DNA of 64,000 nt from Alphaproteobacteria bacterium (lineage in GTDB: Bacteria; Pseudomonadota; Alphaproteobacteria; RF32; CAG-239), in the NCBI GenBank assembly GCA_045577985.1, contig JAZNJJ010000003.1:87192-151191 (forward strand), in the 5' to 3' direction. Positions 8,772 through 15,749 of the stretch are shown here, one piece after another. Position 1 is the first letter of the stretch; the number at the start of each line of letters is the position of its first letter. Under the pieces are notes generated by a model that had not been told where the DNA came from, searched no databases, and saw only the letters and a program-made list of their open reading frames with translations. Both the position numbers and the translations under genes were made by a program.

Positions 8772-10379
8772 TTAATTCATTCTTGATTCAGGAGATAATG
8801 GAGATTCCAATACAACAGGAGTCAACATAATAACCAAAATCGTTCTATCCTTTTGAGCTGTAGAAGATCCTCCTAACAAGTTATTTTCAGGAGTTCCTAC
8901 GCCTTTTTTATCGGCAGTATTTTCAACACGTTCATAACCTGCTAAAATAAGTGTTTCGCCAGATTTCATAGCAACTTCTTGGGTAAATCCACGTGTTTCG
9001 ATAACTGGATTTTGAATATATTCGCTATCCCCTTCAGTAGCTTCTCCTTCTTCATTAGTACTGGTTGATGTAACATTAACAGAATCTAATGATAACAAAT
9101 CAGACAATGTTAAGTTGAAAAACATCAGGATTCTTCCATGATCCAAAATTCTTGGTAAAACACTCATAGTGAAACCTGTTTCAATTTCTTCGGTTTCAAC
9201 AGATATATCGTAAGAATCACTATCACCACTATTTGTTTTAGTAATTTCAGATATATAGTTTTGAGTTTTAACAACTTGGATTGGAGCCGGTTTGTTATTC
9301 ATTGTAGTAACAGTACCACTTGTAATCAAATTCGTCTGACCTTCTTCAGAGAGAGCTTGCATTGCTGCATCAACACTCCAACGGCTAGAACTAATACCCA
9401 TTGTTAAACTACTAATAGAGTTTTCTAATGCGCTAGTAGTTGAAGCACTAATATCTTTTATCGAACCACGTCCACCAAAAGTAGCTCTTAAGTCTAAACT
9501 ATACTGATCAGCATTAGAAATATTAACTTGAATAACTTTAACACTAATAGCAACTTGCTTAGATACACGCATATTTTGTTCATTAATATACTTTGCCACT
9601 CTCTTAATATCTGTTGGTGTAGCTGTTAACGTGATTGTTCCATTACCTTTATCCATAACCAAATTTGAATCTTGAGTAATCATAGATGAAATTGAGCTTT
9701 GAATATTTCCCCACATATCCATTCCATCAACAGAACTACTTTGGGATATACTAGCAGCACCGCCAGATCCTCCTACTGATACACTTAGAGAAGGGTTGGT
9801 TGGTAAAGAATACAATACAAATGTCTTTGTAATATACTTATAGAAATAAATTTCATTTTTTTCATATTTCCACCAAATACCAAAGCGATTAGCTACTTCA
9901 TCTAGTAATCCGCTGATAGGACCTTTATAATTTAAAATCATACGAGTAGAATCAGTCCATTGAGCACCAATATCCTTCATCGATGGTTGGTTGTGATCTG
10001 CGTTAGAAATTGCATCTTCTTCCAGTTCAGGAGCATAACGAACTGAGATAGATGTAATTTTATTAATCATACTACCTATTTCGTAAAGAGTGATTGGTCT
10101 ATTACTAATCAATGTAATACCATCAGATGTTTCTAAATAAGCAGGAACAGGCTGTCCCTCAAATTCAATACTACTTGTATCACCAAGCCAAATATCATCC
10201 TTAACTCTAATAACATCATCAGCTATAGGATCACCTGGAATAGCAGCCTTTTGTTTTAAATCCAACGCATTTTCCGCTTGTCTTGCCATTTGCTGGTCTA
10301 ATTCAGGAGAAACAGAACATGCAACGGTAATGCCAAGGATTCCGGCAATAGCAAGTTTAAATAAATTAGTCATACGCAT
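8772..10379 (-). CDS. Secretin lipoprotein (R64 PilN-like)
   Basis: The start at 10379 is preceded by GGAGGACGAAA. Lipobox ILGITVAC. The C-terminal secretin domain has VLPRILDHGRILMFFNLTLSDL, GETLILAGYERVENTADKKGVG and TILVIMLTPVVL. Confidence 0.85.
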   Translation of the reverse strand: MRMTNLFKLAIAGILGITVACSVSPELDQQMARQAENALDLKQKAAIPGDPIADDVIRVKDDIWLGDTSSIEFEGQPVPAYLETSDGITLISNRPITLYEIGSMINKITSISVRYAPELEEDAISNADHNQPSMKDIGAQWTDSTRMILNYKGPISGLLDEVANRFGIWWKYEKNEIYFYKYITKTFVLYSLPTNPSLSVSVGGSGGAASISQSSSVDGMDMWGNIQSSISSMITQDSNLVMDKGNGTITLTATPTDIKRVAKYINEQNMRVSKQVAISVKVIQVNISNADQYSLDLRATFGGRGSIKDISASTTSALENSISSLTMGISSSRWSVDAAMQALSEEGQTNLITSGTVTTMNNKPAPIQVVKTQNYISEITKTNSGDSDSYDISVETEEIETGFTMSVLPRILDHGRILMFFNLTLSDLLSLDSVNVTSTSTNEEGEATEGDSEYIQNPVIETRGFTQEVAMKSGETLILAGYERVENTADKKGVGTPENNLLGGSSTAQKDRTILVIMLTPVVLESPLSPESRMN

Positions 10380-11148
10380 TTTCGTCCTCCATAGTTTCAA
10401 TTACTAATACACGGTTTCCTTTATAAAATGTTGCAACAGGAGCAGGTCTAGCTCTAGCGAATGCTCTAACTAATGCAGAAGCAACATCTGCAAAATTACC
10501 TCTAAACATAGCTCCAGCATTTAATGTATAATTACGATTTGTTTTCCAAATCAATCTCCAACCAGATTCTTCGCTCCAGTTTGTCAAGAGTTCTTTTAAG
10601 CTTTGACCTTCTTCCGCTAACCAATCTTTAGTTGTATCTTCTTCTTCAGAAGTAGATTTATTTTCAGTTTGTGCATTTTCAGTATTATTATCTACAGATG
10701 TTGAATTTGTGTAACCTTGTTCATTAGTTGCTTGAATGTAAGCAGCATTAAACTGATTATTAGGATTACCCTCTCTTTCCATTATTGCAACTTCATAGTC
10801 AACAACTTCATCATCTATGCTAGGAGGAATTGCTGCAGACATATTATTTCCAGCTCTAGCCTGAGTAATACGATGATCTCTTGGTGTGCGTTCTCCATAT
10901 TTACGAAAATCAGCAGCTGTCTTTGTGTAGTTCACATATTCAGGAGCATCTTCGCAAACACTGAATCCCTCAGGAGTTTCAACACAAACCTCATTATATT
11001 CCTGATTACTAGTACAGATGCCATCTTCACATTCTTCTTTTAGATAGCTTTCGTTACTAATACATCCAGAAAGTCCCAGAACACTGAATAATAAACCTAC
11101 AATTGTAAGTTTGTTAAACAAAATATTTTTCTTTAAATTACATCTCAT
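10366..11148 (-). CDS. PilL/TcpQ-domain lipoprotein
   Basis: Lipobox VLGLSGC. The C-terminus LLTNWSEESGWRLIWKTNRNYTLNAGAMFRGNFADVASALVRAF...KGNRVLVI fits the TcpQ/PilL domain pattern. It lies directly upstream of the secretin, as in R64/PAPI-type clusters. Confidence 0.6.
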   Translation of the reverse strand: MRCNLKKNILFNKLTIVGLLFSVLGLSGCISNESYLKEECEDGICTSNQEYNEVCVETPEGFSVCEDAPEYVNYTKTAADFRKYGERTPRDHRITQARAGNNMSAAIPPSIDDEVVDYEVAIMEREGNPNNQFNAAYIQATNEQGYTNSTSVDNNTENAQTENKSTSEEEDTTKDWLAEEGQSLKELLTNWSEESGWRLIWKTNRNYTLNAGAMFRGNFADVASALVRAFARARPAPVATFYKGNRVLVIETMEDENAYD

Positions 11149-11196
11149 CGTATTTTCCTATAATACTTGTTGAAAATTAATTTGCACAAACAAGAA

Positions 11197-12687
11197 TCAA
11201 TACCAAGGGTTATCTCCTTTTTTAACCGCTTTAGCCAATTCTTCTTCTGTTGCATACCGCACATTTCTAATAATAAAAGAGTTTGGTTCTCTATCTGTAA
11301 AAATTATATTAATTTTATTATAATCTACACTATTATTTATTAAGATTGTGTATAACAGGTTCAAACGCTTTTGTTGTAAGGCTTTGTTTGAATCTCCGTT
11401 TATACGAATTTCAATAATAACATTTTCATTTTTTGTTACATTTTCTGAAAAAGCGTGCAACCATTCTAATGTTTGACCTGATATTTCTGCTCTATTTGGC
11501 TGAAATGACAATTTTAACTCGGTAGGAGCTATATTGTTTTTTGCATTATCCAGTCCAAATAATTTTCTAAATGTAGAACTTTGAGAACTCTTCTTTTCTG
11601 TTTCGTCAGAACTATCATTTTCTTCAATCACATTATCTTCAGATGTTTTCTTGGTTCCCCCTGAAAGCCATGATACAATTCCCTCAGTTAGAGAAGAACT
11701 CTTCTTTTCTGTTTTTTCATTTTTTAATGGTTCTATAGGAGTTGTATTTGATACGGCATTTGTTTTATCTTCATTATCTTTATCTTCAGATAATGCCAAG
11801 TCTTCAAGAACTTTCTTTTCAAGCTTTTTATTTTCTTCAGATGTTGCCAACTTAGGAGTTAAGTTCTCTTCATTCAGAATATCTTCAGGGATAGGCAGTA
11901 AAATATTATCATTTTTTATTTTATATACAACTTGCGTTTCATTTTCTGATTTAGCTACATCATTTTGAGTTCTATCTAATGCCGAAATATTATCTCTATT
12001 AGCTTCATTAAATTGTTCAATAGTATTTCTTGTTATATGTTTATTTGCAACTTCTGCAACTTCCCATGGACTATCTTCTACTAAAGGTAATGGTTGCTCT
12101 AATTCAATAGAAGTTAAAGCTTTTTCGTTTTCGGACCCTAAGTTATCAATAACAACATTTGCCGACGCTAAGGCAATTTGGCTACTTTCCGCTTCGCTAG
12201 AAACAGAAACACTAGAAGCAGTTTTTTCAAAATTATATACTAAAGGTATTTCAAAAACAGGTGCAGATGATACATCAGCAATAACGAGTTCATTGTTAAC
12301 ATCTTCATTACCTTTATTGATAATACCTATTTCTTCTTTTTTTTCTTCCATAAGAATATTGGTATTGTCGGCTAAAACAATTGGAGCATCCTGAGTTGCG
12401 TTCTCGTCTTCTGGTTCATATAAAACAACTTCAGAATTTTGAATGTCAATAGGGACATCTTTTATTATTTCATTTGAAGCAAACTTTTCTTCTTTTACCT
12501 CATAAGAAGTTAAATCATCTTCATTTTGAGCAAATAATTCTATATTTTTGGTCTCTAACTCGGATACAACAAAATCTGCTTGTTTATCATTATGTGATAA
12601 AGTATTATAAAACTTAGTGGCCGCAAACACTGCAGCTAAAGAAAATATAAAGCTTCCTAAAAAGCATTTCAAACCAAATTTTGGCAT
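11197..12687 (-). CDS. Membrane-anchored acidic protein, first gene of the pilus operon; possible degenerate OmpA_C-like C-terminus
   Basis: N-terminal anchor FLGSFIFSLAAVFAATKF, then about 350 aa of E/D/N/S-rich low complexity. The C-terminal LSFQPNRAEISGQTLEWLHAFSEN...VIIEIRINGDSNKALQQKRLNLLYTILINNSVDYNKINI loosely follows the OmpA C-terminal domain pattern. Confidence 0.3.
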   Translation of the reverse strand: MPKFGLKCFLGSFIFSLAAVFAATKFYNTLSHNDKQADFVVSELETKNIELFAQNEDDLTSYEVKEEKFASNEIIKDVPIDIQNSEVVLYEPEDENATQDAPIVLADNTNILMEEKKEEIGIINKGNEDVNNELVIADVSSAPVFEIPLVYNFEKTASSVSVSSEAESSQIALASANVVIDNLGSENEKALTSIELEQPLPLVEDSPWEVAEVANKHITRNTIEQFNEANRDNISALDRTQNDVAKSENETQVVYKIKNDNILLPIPEDILNEENLTPKLATSEENKKLEKKVLEDLALSEDKDNEDKTNAVSNTTPIEPLKNEKTEKKSSSLTEGIVSWLSGGTKKTSEDNVIEENDSSDETEKKSSQSSTFRKLFGLDNAKNNIAPTELKLSFQPNRAEISGQTLEWLHAFSENVTKNENVIIEIRINGDSNKALQQKRLNLLYTILINNSVDYNKINIIFTDREPNSFIIRNVRYATEEELAKAVKKGDNPWY

Positions 12688-13041
12688 CTCTAAACCTTAT
12701 AAATGCAGGAGTATGTACGCAAAACCGGAGCGCAATACACCCGTCTTCGGATTGAGGATACAACTAATTGTGTTAAAATAGAGTTAATGAAGAATCACTG
12801 AATTAAACAAAATTTTCGACATCTGTTTTCGAGCATTTAAAATAATTAAAATGTTATCAAATTATTTACTTTTTATTGTTAAAATCAGCTAGTGTAAGGC
12901 ACTTTATAAATGTGAATTTTTTGTTACAAGACTTTTTATCTCGTAAAAACAGCATGTTGTTCGAATATTAAAAATCTGGAAGTTTTACAGAAAATGAGTT
13001 AATATAAAAGTGTGATAGAATTCTACTTAAGGAGAAGAAAA
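12688..13041. promoter_or_regulatory. Divergent control region between the pilus operon and the T4SS array
   Basis: This is the only sizeable non-coding gap between the two arrays. One candidate sigma70-like promoter is TTGTTA (12921..12926), a 17-nt spacer, then TAAAAA (12944..12949). TTTTCGA-type repeats lie at 12813..12840. Most of the region is duplicated upstream of the second virB2. Confidence 0.4.
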
Positions 13042-13410
13042 ATGAAATTTATAAAAAATAACATACTCAGCATCACTACTATGGTATTCTTATTTACCAT
13101 AGTTATGATGGGTGATTCTTATGCAGCTACAGTGTTTGGTGCTGCTCGTAATAAGTTGGTTGAGCTGTTTAAAAATGCCAAGATGATTGTATTTGTTATT
13201 GGTGGTTTTGGTTTAATTGCTTTGGCATTCCAAGCTATCTTTGGTAAAGTAAAATGGCCTTGGTTTGCAGCATTAGCATTCGGTTTGGCTGTAGTTGCTG
13301 CTGCAGGTGCTATCGTTAACTACGCCGCAAATACAAGTGGTGCTGCTTCTTTCAATGATAGCATAGGAACTTCTGATTACGATGGTACAGGTGCATTGGG
13401 CACAATGTAA
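13042..13410 (+). CDS. virB2: VirB2/TrbC-type T4SS pilin, copy 1
   Basis: The ATG at 13042 follows AAGGAGAAG; the track start at 13012 is an upstream GTG. It has a signal peptide ending DSYA/A and two hydrophobic helices separated by GKVKWPW (FVIGGFGLIALAFQAIFGKVKWPWFAALAFGLAVVAAAGAIV). Size is 122 aa. It lies upstream of virB3 and virB4. Confidence 0.75.
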   Translation: MKFIKNNILSITTMVFLFTIVMMGDSYAATVFGAARNKLVELFKNAKMIVFVIGGFGLIALAFQAIFGKVKWPWFAALAFGLAVVAAAGAIVNYAANTSGAASFNDSIGTSDYDGTGALGTM

Positions 13411-13435
13411 GTGAGTTTGCACTTTCTTTGTTTTA

Positions 13436-13462
13436 TTCGGAGAGGGATAGCCCCTCTCCGAA
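13436..13462 (+). other. Perfect 11-bp stem-loop downstream of virB2 copy 1
   Basis: TTCGGAGAGGG-ATAGC-CCCTCTCCGAA. No U-tract follows it, so it is not a canonical intrinsic terminator. A homologous hairpin follows copy 2. Confidence 0.5.
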
Positions 13463-13861
13463 AAGGTAGTTGCATTATATCTTCTTACCAATATAAAGAA
13501 ATTAGAATTTTAAATACTAATAAGATTTTCTTTCATTATTTTACTTGAAGCGAGTTTTTTTCTTTTTGTTAAAATAGAGTTAATGAAGAATAACAGAATT
13601 AAACAAAATTTTCGACATCTCTTTTCGAACATTTAACGATATCTGTTTTCGAACATTTAAAATAATTAAAATGTTATCAAATTATTTACCTTTTGTTGTT
13701 AAAATCAGCTAGTGTAAGGCACTTTATAAATATGAATTTTTTGTTACAAGACCTTTTATCTCGTAAAAACAGTATGTTGTTCGAATATTAAAAAGCTGGA
13801 AGTTTTGCAAAAAATGAGTTAATATAAAAGTGTGATAGAGTTCTACTTAAGGAGAAGAAAA

Positions 13862-14236
13862 ATGAAATTTATAAAAAATAACATACTCAGCATCACCACT
13901 ATGGTATTCTTATTTACCATAGTTATGATGGGTGATTCTTATGCAGCTACAGTGTTTGGTGCTGCTCGTGATAAGTTGGTTGAGCTGTTTAAAAATGCCA
14001 AGATGATTGTATTCGTTATTGGTGGTTTTGGTTTAATTGCCTTAGCATTCCAAGCTATCTTTGGTAAAGTAAAATGGCCTTGGTTTGCAGCATTAGCATT
14101 CGGTTTAGCTGTTGTTGCAGCAGCAGGTGCTATCGTTAACTACGCCGCAAATACAGATGGTGCTGCTTCTTTCAATGATAGCATTGGAGATCAAGCACAT
14201 GCCGGTTCAGGTGAATTGGATACTACAAATTGGTAG
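13862..14236 (+). CDS. virB2: VirB2/TrbC-type T4SS pilin, copy 2 (divergent C-terminal tail)
   Basis: It has the same RBS and start context as copy 1. The protein is identical by eye except for ARNKL>ARDKL and the last 25 residues or so. Confidence 0.75.
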   Translation: MKFIKNNILSITTMVFLFTIVMMGDSYAATVFGAARDKLVELFKNAKMIVFVIGGFGLIALAFQAIFGKVKWPWFAALAFGLAVVAAAGAIVNYAANTDGAASFNDSIGDQAHAGSGELDTTNW

Positions 14237-14251
14237 TAACACTTTGTTTTA

Positions 14252-14278
14252 TTCGGGGAGGGATTATTCCTCTCCGAA
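14252..14278 (+). other. Conserved stem-loop downstream of virB2 copy 2
   Basis: TTCGGGGAGG...CCTCTCCGAA. The A>G change relative to copy 1 gives a G-U pair, so the structure is retained. It lies about 25 nt upstream of the next pilin start. Confidence 0.4.
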
Positions 14279-14304
14279 GAGACAATTATCTTATGGAGGT
14301 TATT

Positions 14305-14628
14305 ATGTTGTGCATTAAAATAGGGAAATTTATTTATAATAACAAATATACATTATGTTTGTTTCTTTCTTTATTTTTATTCACAACAGATGCTTTTGCC
14401 GCATTTGAAGCTTTGGATACTGCCGGAAAAACTATATTCAAAGGTTTAAGAAAAGTTATATACCCTGCTGCCACTATTGGTATTGCTTGTATTTGTATTG
14501 CCGGAATGTTTGGAAATTTCAACTGGAAATGGCTTGCAGCTATTCTGATTGGTGTATTTGTTATTGCAGTTGCGACACAGGTTGCTGGTTTGACCGGGGC
14601 AGAAGTTAGTCTGGATGGCGGAGATTAG
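14305..14628 (+). CDS. VirB2-like pilin paralogue 3
   Basis: The ATG at 14305 lies 5 nt after GGAGG. Signal peptide ...TTDAFA/A, then two hydrophobic segments around GNFNWKW (ATIGIACICIAGMFGNFNWKWLAAILIGVFVIAVATQVAG). The architecture matches copies 1 and 2. Confidence 0.6.
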   Translation: MLCIKIGKFIYNNKYTLCLFLSLFLFTTDAFAAFEALDTAGKTIFKGLRKVIYPAATIGIACICIAGMFGNFNWKWLAAILIGVFVIAVATQVAGLTGAEVSLDGGD

Positions 14629-14637
14629 GAGGGTATT

Positions 14638-15009
14638 ATGAAAAATAAAGTATTTTATCTACTTTTATTGTTTGTCGGTATAATCCTCACTCCAAATAAT
14701 GCTTATGCTGATATTTGGGATAGTTTGTCAGGTAAAGCGGATGAAATAGGTAAAGGCCTGTCTAATGTTGGATATATTATAGCTGGATTTGGTCTTATTG
14801 CATTTTCTGTTGCCGCCATTTTTAATAAAATATCCTGGAAAACGCTTGCTTATATCATGATAAGTTGTTTTATTTTAGGTATTACAACAATGGTTGTGGG
14901 AGAGATTACTGGAGAATCAGAATTTATCGGTTATCTTGATTATTCTTCGTCAGCAAGTGCAAATGTTGAAACTCCTGGTGATGCTCAGAGTGTTTCCGTA
15001 AAAAAGTAA
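14638..15009 (+). CDS. VirB2-like pilin paralogue 4
   Basis: RBS AGGAGG. Signal peptide ...NNAYA/D. The core GYIIAGFGLIAFSVAAIFNKISWKTLAYIMISCFILGITTMVVG has the same two-helix layout. Confidence 0.6.
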   Translation: MKNKVFYLLLLFVGIILTPNNAYADIWDSLSGKADEIGKGLSNVGYIIAGFGLIAFSVAAIFNKISWKTLAYIMISCFILGITTMVVGEITGESEFIGYLDYSSSASANVETPGDAQSVSVKK

Positions 15010-15021
15010 GGAAGCAAATAA

Positions 15022-15462
15022 ATGAAGTATTTTCTTTATGCCATCATATCAACTTTCTTTTATTGTTCAACGGCAAATGCCTATATTGATGATCGGCAAA
15101 CAGGGGAAGCTGAAGCTACAGCCGGAGAACAAAATTCTAATTTGTACCGTTTAAATGCTTCAAGTACAATGTCTATAAAAAAGCTGAAGAAATTAGACGA
15201 GTTATATGCGAAAGAGCAGATTTCAGGAAAAAGATTGACTGAAACTGATATCGAAAAGCTTTTAGATTTAGATGATAATAAAACACAAAAAGAGCTTGAT
15301 TTGGCTCTGAAAGATGCGATAAAAAAGACTAAGAATACAAGAGATTTGGTTATTTCTATTGATATAGGTGTTTATAATCAGTTCAAAAATTTTCACCAAA
15401 TATCTATAAAAGATAGAGAGATAGCTAAAAATCTTACAAATAATTTAGGGAGGCGCAAATGA
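15022..15462 (+). CDS. Small secreted helical protein, unknown family
   Basis: 146 aa with signal peptide ...CSTANA/Y and a K/E/D-rich helical body. Its stop overlaps the virB3 start (ATGA). No recognisable motif. Confidence 0.5.
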   Translation: MKYFLYAIISTFFYCSTANAYIDDRQTGEAEATAGEQNSNLYRLNASSTMSIKKLKKLDELYAKEQISGKRLTETDIEKLLDLDDNKTQKELDLALKDAIKKTKNTRDLVISIDIGVYNQFKNFHQISIKDREIAKNLTNNLGRRK

Positions 15463-15749
15463 GAGAGGATATATTAAAAGCAGTTGCTCAACCACCTAAA
15501 TTTTTGCTTGCACCAATGGTTCCTGGAATTATTAATTTAGGCATACAGTTTCCAATGTTGTTTATGGGGATTGGTATTGCAGATATGAATCCTTTGTTTT
15601 TTGGAACAACCATAATAATGGCACATTTGGGATTAGTTGTTGCCGGTGTTAAAGAACCTCATTTATCTACGATGATGCAAGCTTATGGTCAAACAAATAA
15701 AATAAGTAGCAATCTTTATGCAGTAAGAGGAAATAAATTTGAGCCATGA
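15459..15749 (+). CDS. virB3: VirB3/TrbD-like protein
   Basis: 96 aa with two TM segments (LLAPMVPGIINLGIQFPMLFMGIGI; FFGTTIIMAHLGLVVAGV). RBS GGGAGG. It is translationally coupled (ATGA) to virB4. Confidence 0.7.
   Translation: MREDILKAVAQPPKFLLAPMVPGIINLGIQFPMLFMGIGIADMNPLFFGTTIIMAHLGLVVAGVKEPHLSTMMQAYGQTNKISSNLYAVRGNKFEP

Larger units (their letters stand above)
12771..13465 (+). repeat. Tandem duplication unit 1 (leader + virB2 + hairpin)
   Basis: Near-identical by eye to 13567..14279, from TGTTAAAATAGAGTTAATGAAGAAT through the coding region to the post-gene hairpin. Confidence 0.85.
13567..14279 (+). repeat. Tandem duplication unit 2 (leader + virB2 + hairpin)
   Basis: See unit 1. It also contains an extra internal copy of the CTNTTTTCGAACATTTAA element. 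Confidence 0.85.

Noticed and set aside
12705-12760. A noticeably GC-richer patch (GCAGGAGTATGTACGCAAAACCGGAGCGCAATACACCCGTCTTCGG) in the AT-rich divergent region, which could be a small RNA or riboswitch.
   Set aside because: I could not fold it into a convincing stem-loop by hand or match it to a known RNA motif. It may simply be the 5' UTR of the minus-strand operon.
13273-13491. Minus-strand ORF overlapping the end of virB2 copy 1 and the hairpin. Plus-strand ORF 14112..14318 overlaps copy 2.
   Set aside because: They are Cys/Thr-rich nonsense-like translations with no RBS and are antisense or out of frame to a well-supported gene.
13012-14304. The extended N-termini given by the ORF track for the pilin genes (13012, 13832, 14230), and similarly for 18179, 22249, 28749, 45031, 62961, 7561, 10400 and 3097.
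   Set aside because: The upstream extensions start at GTG/TTG or lack an RBS. They overlap the preceding gene or hairpin and bury the signal peptide. Internal ATGs with GGAG-type RBSs give canonical signal peptides or lipoboxes, so those starts were used instead.
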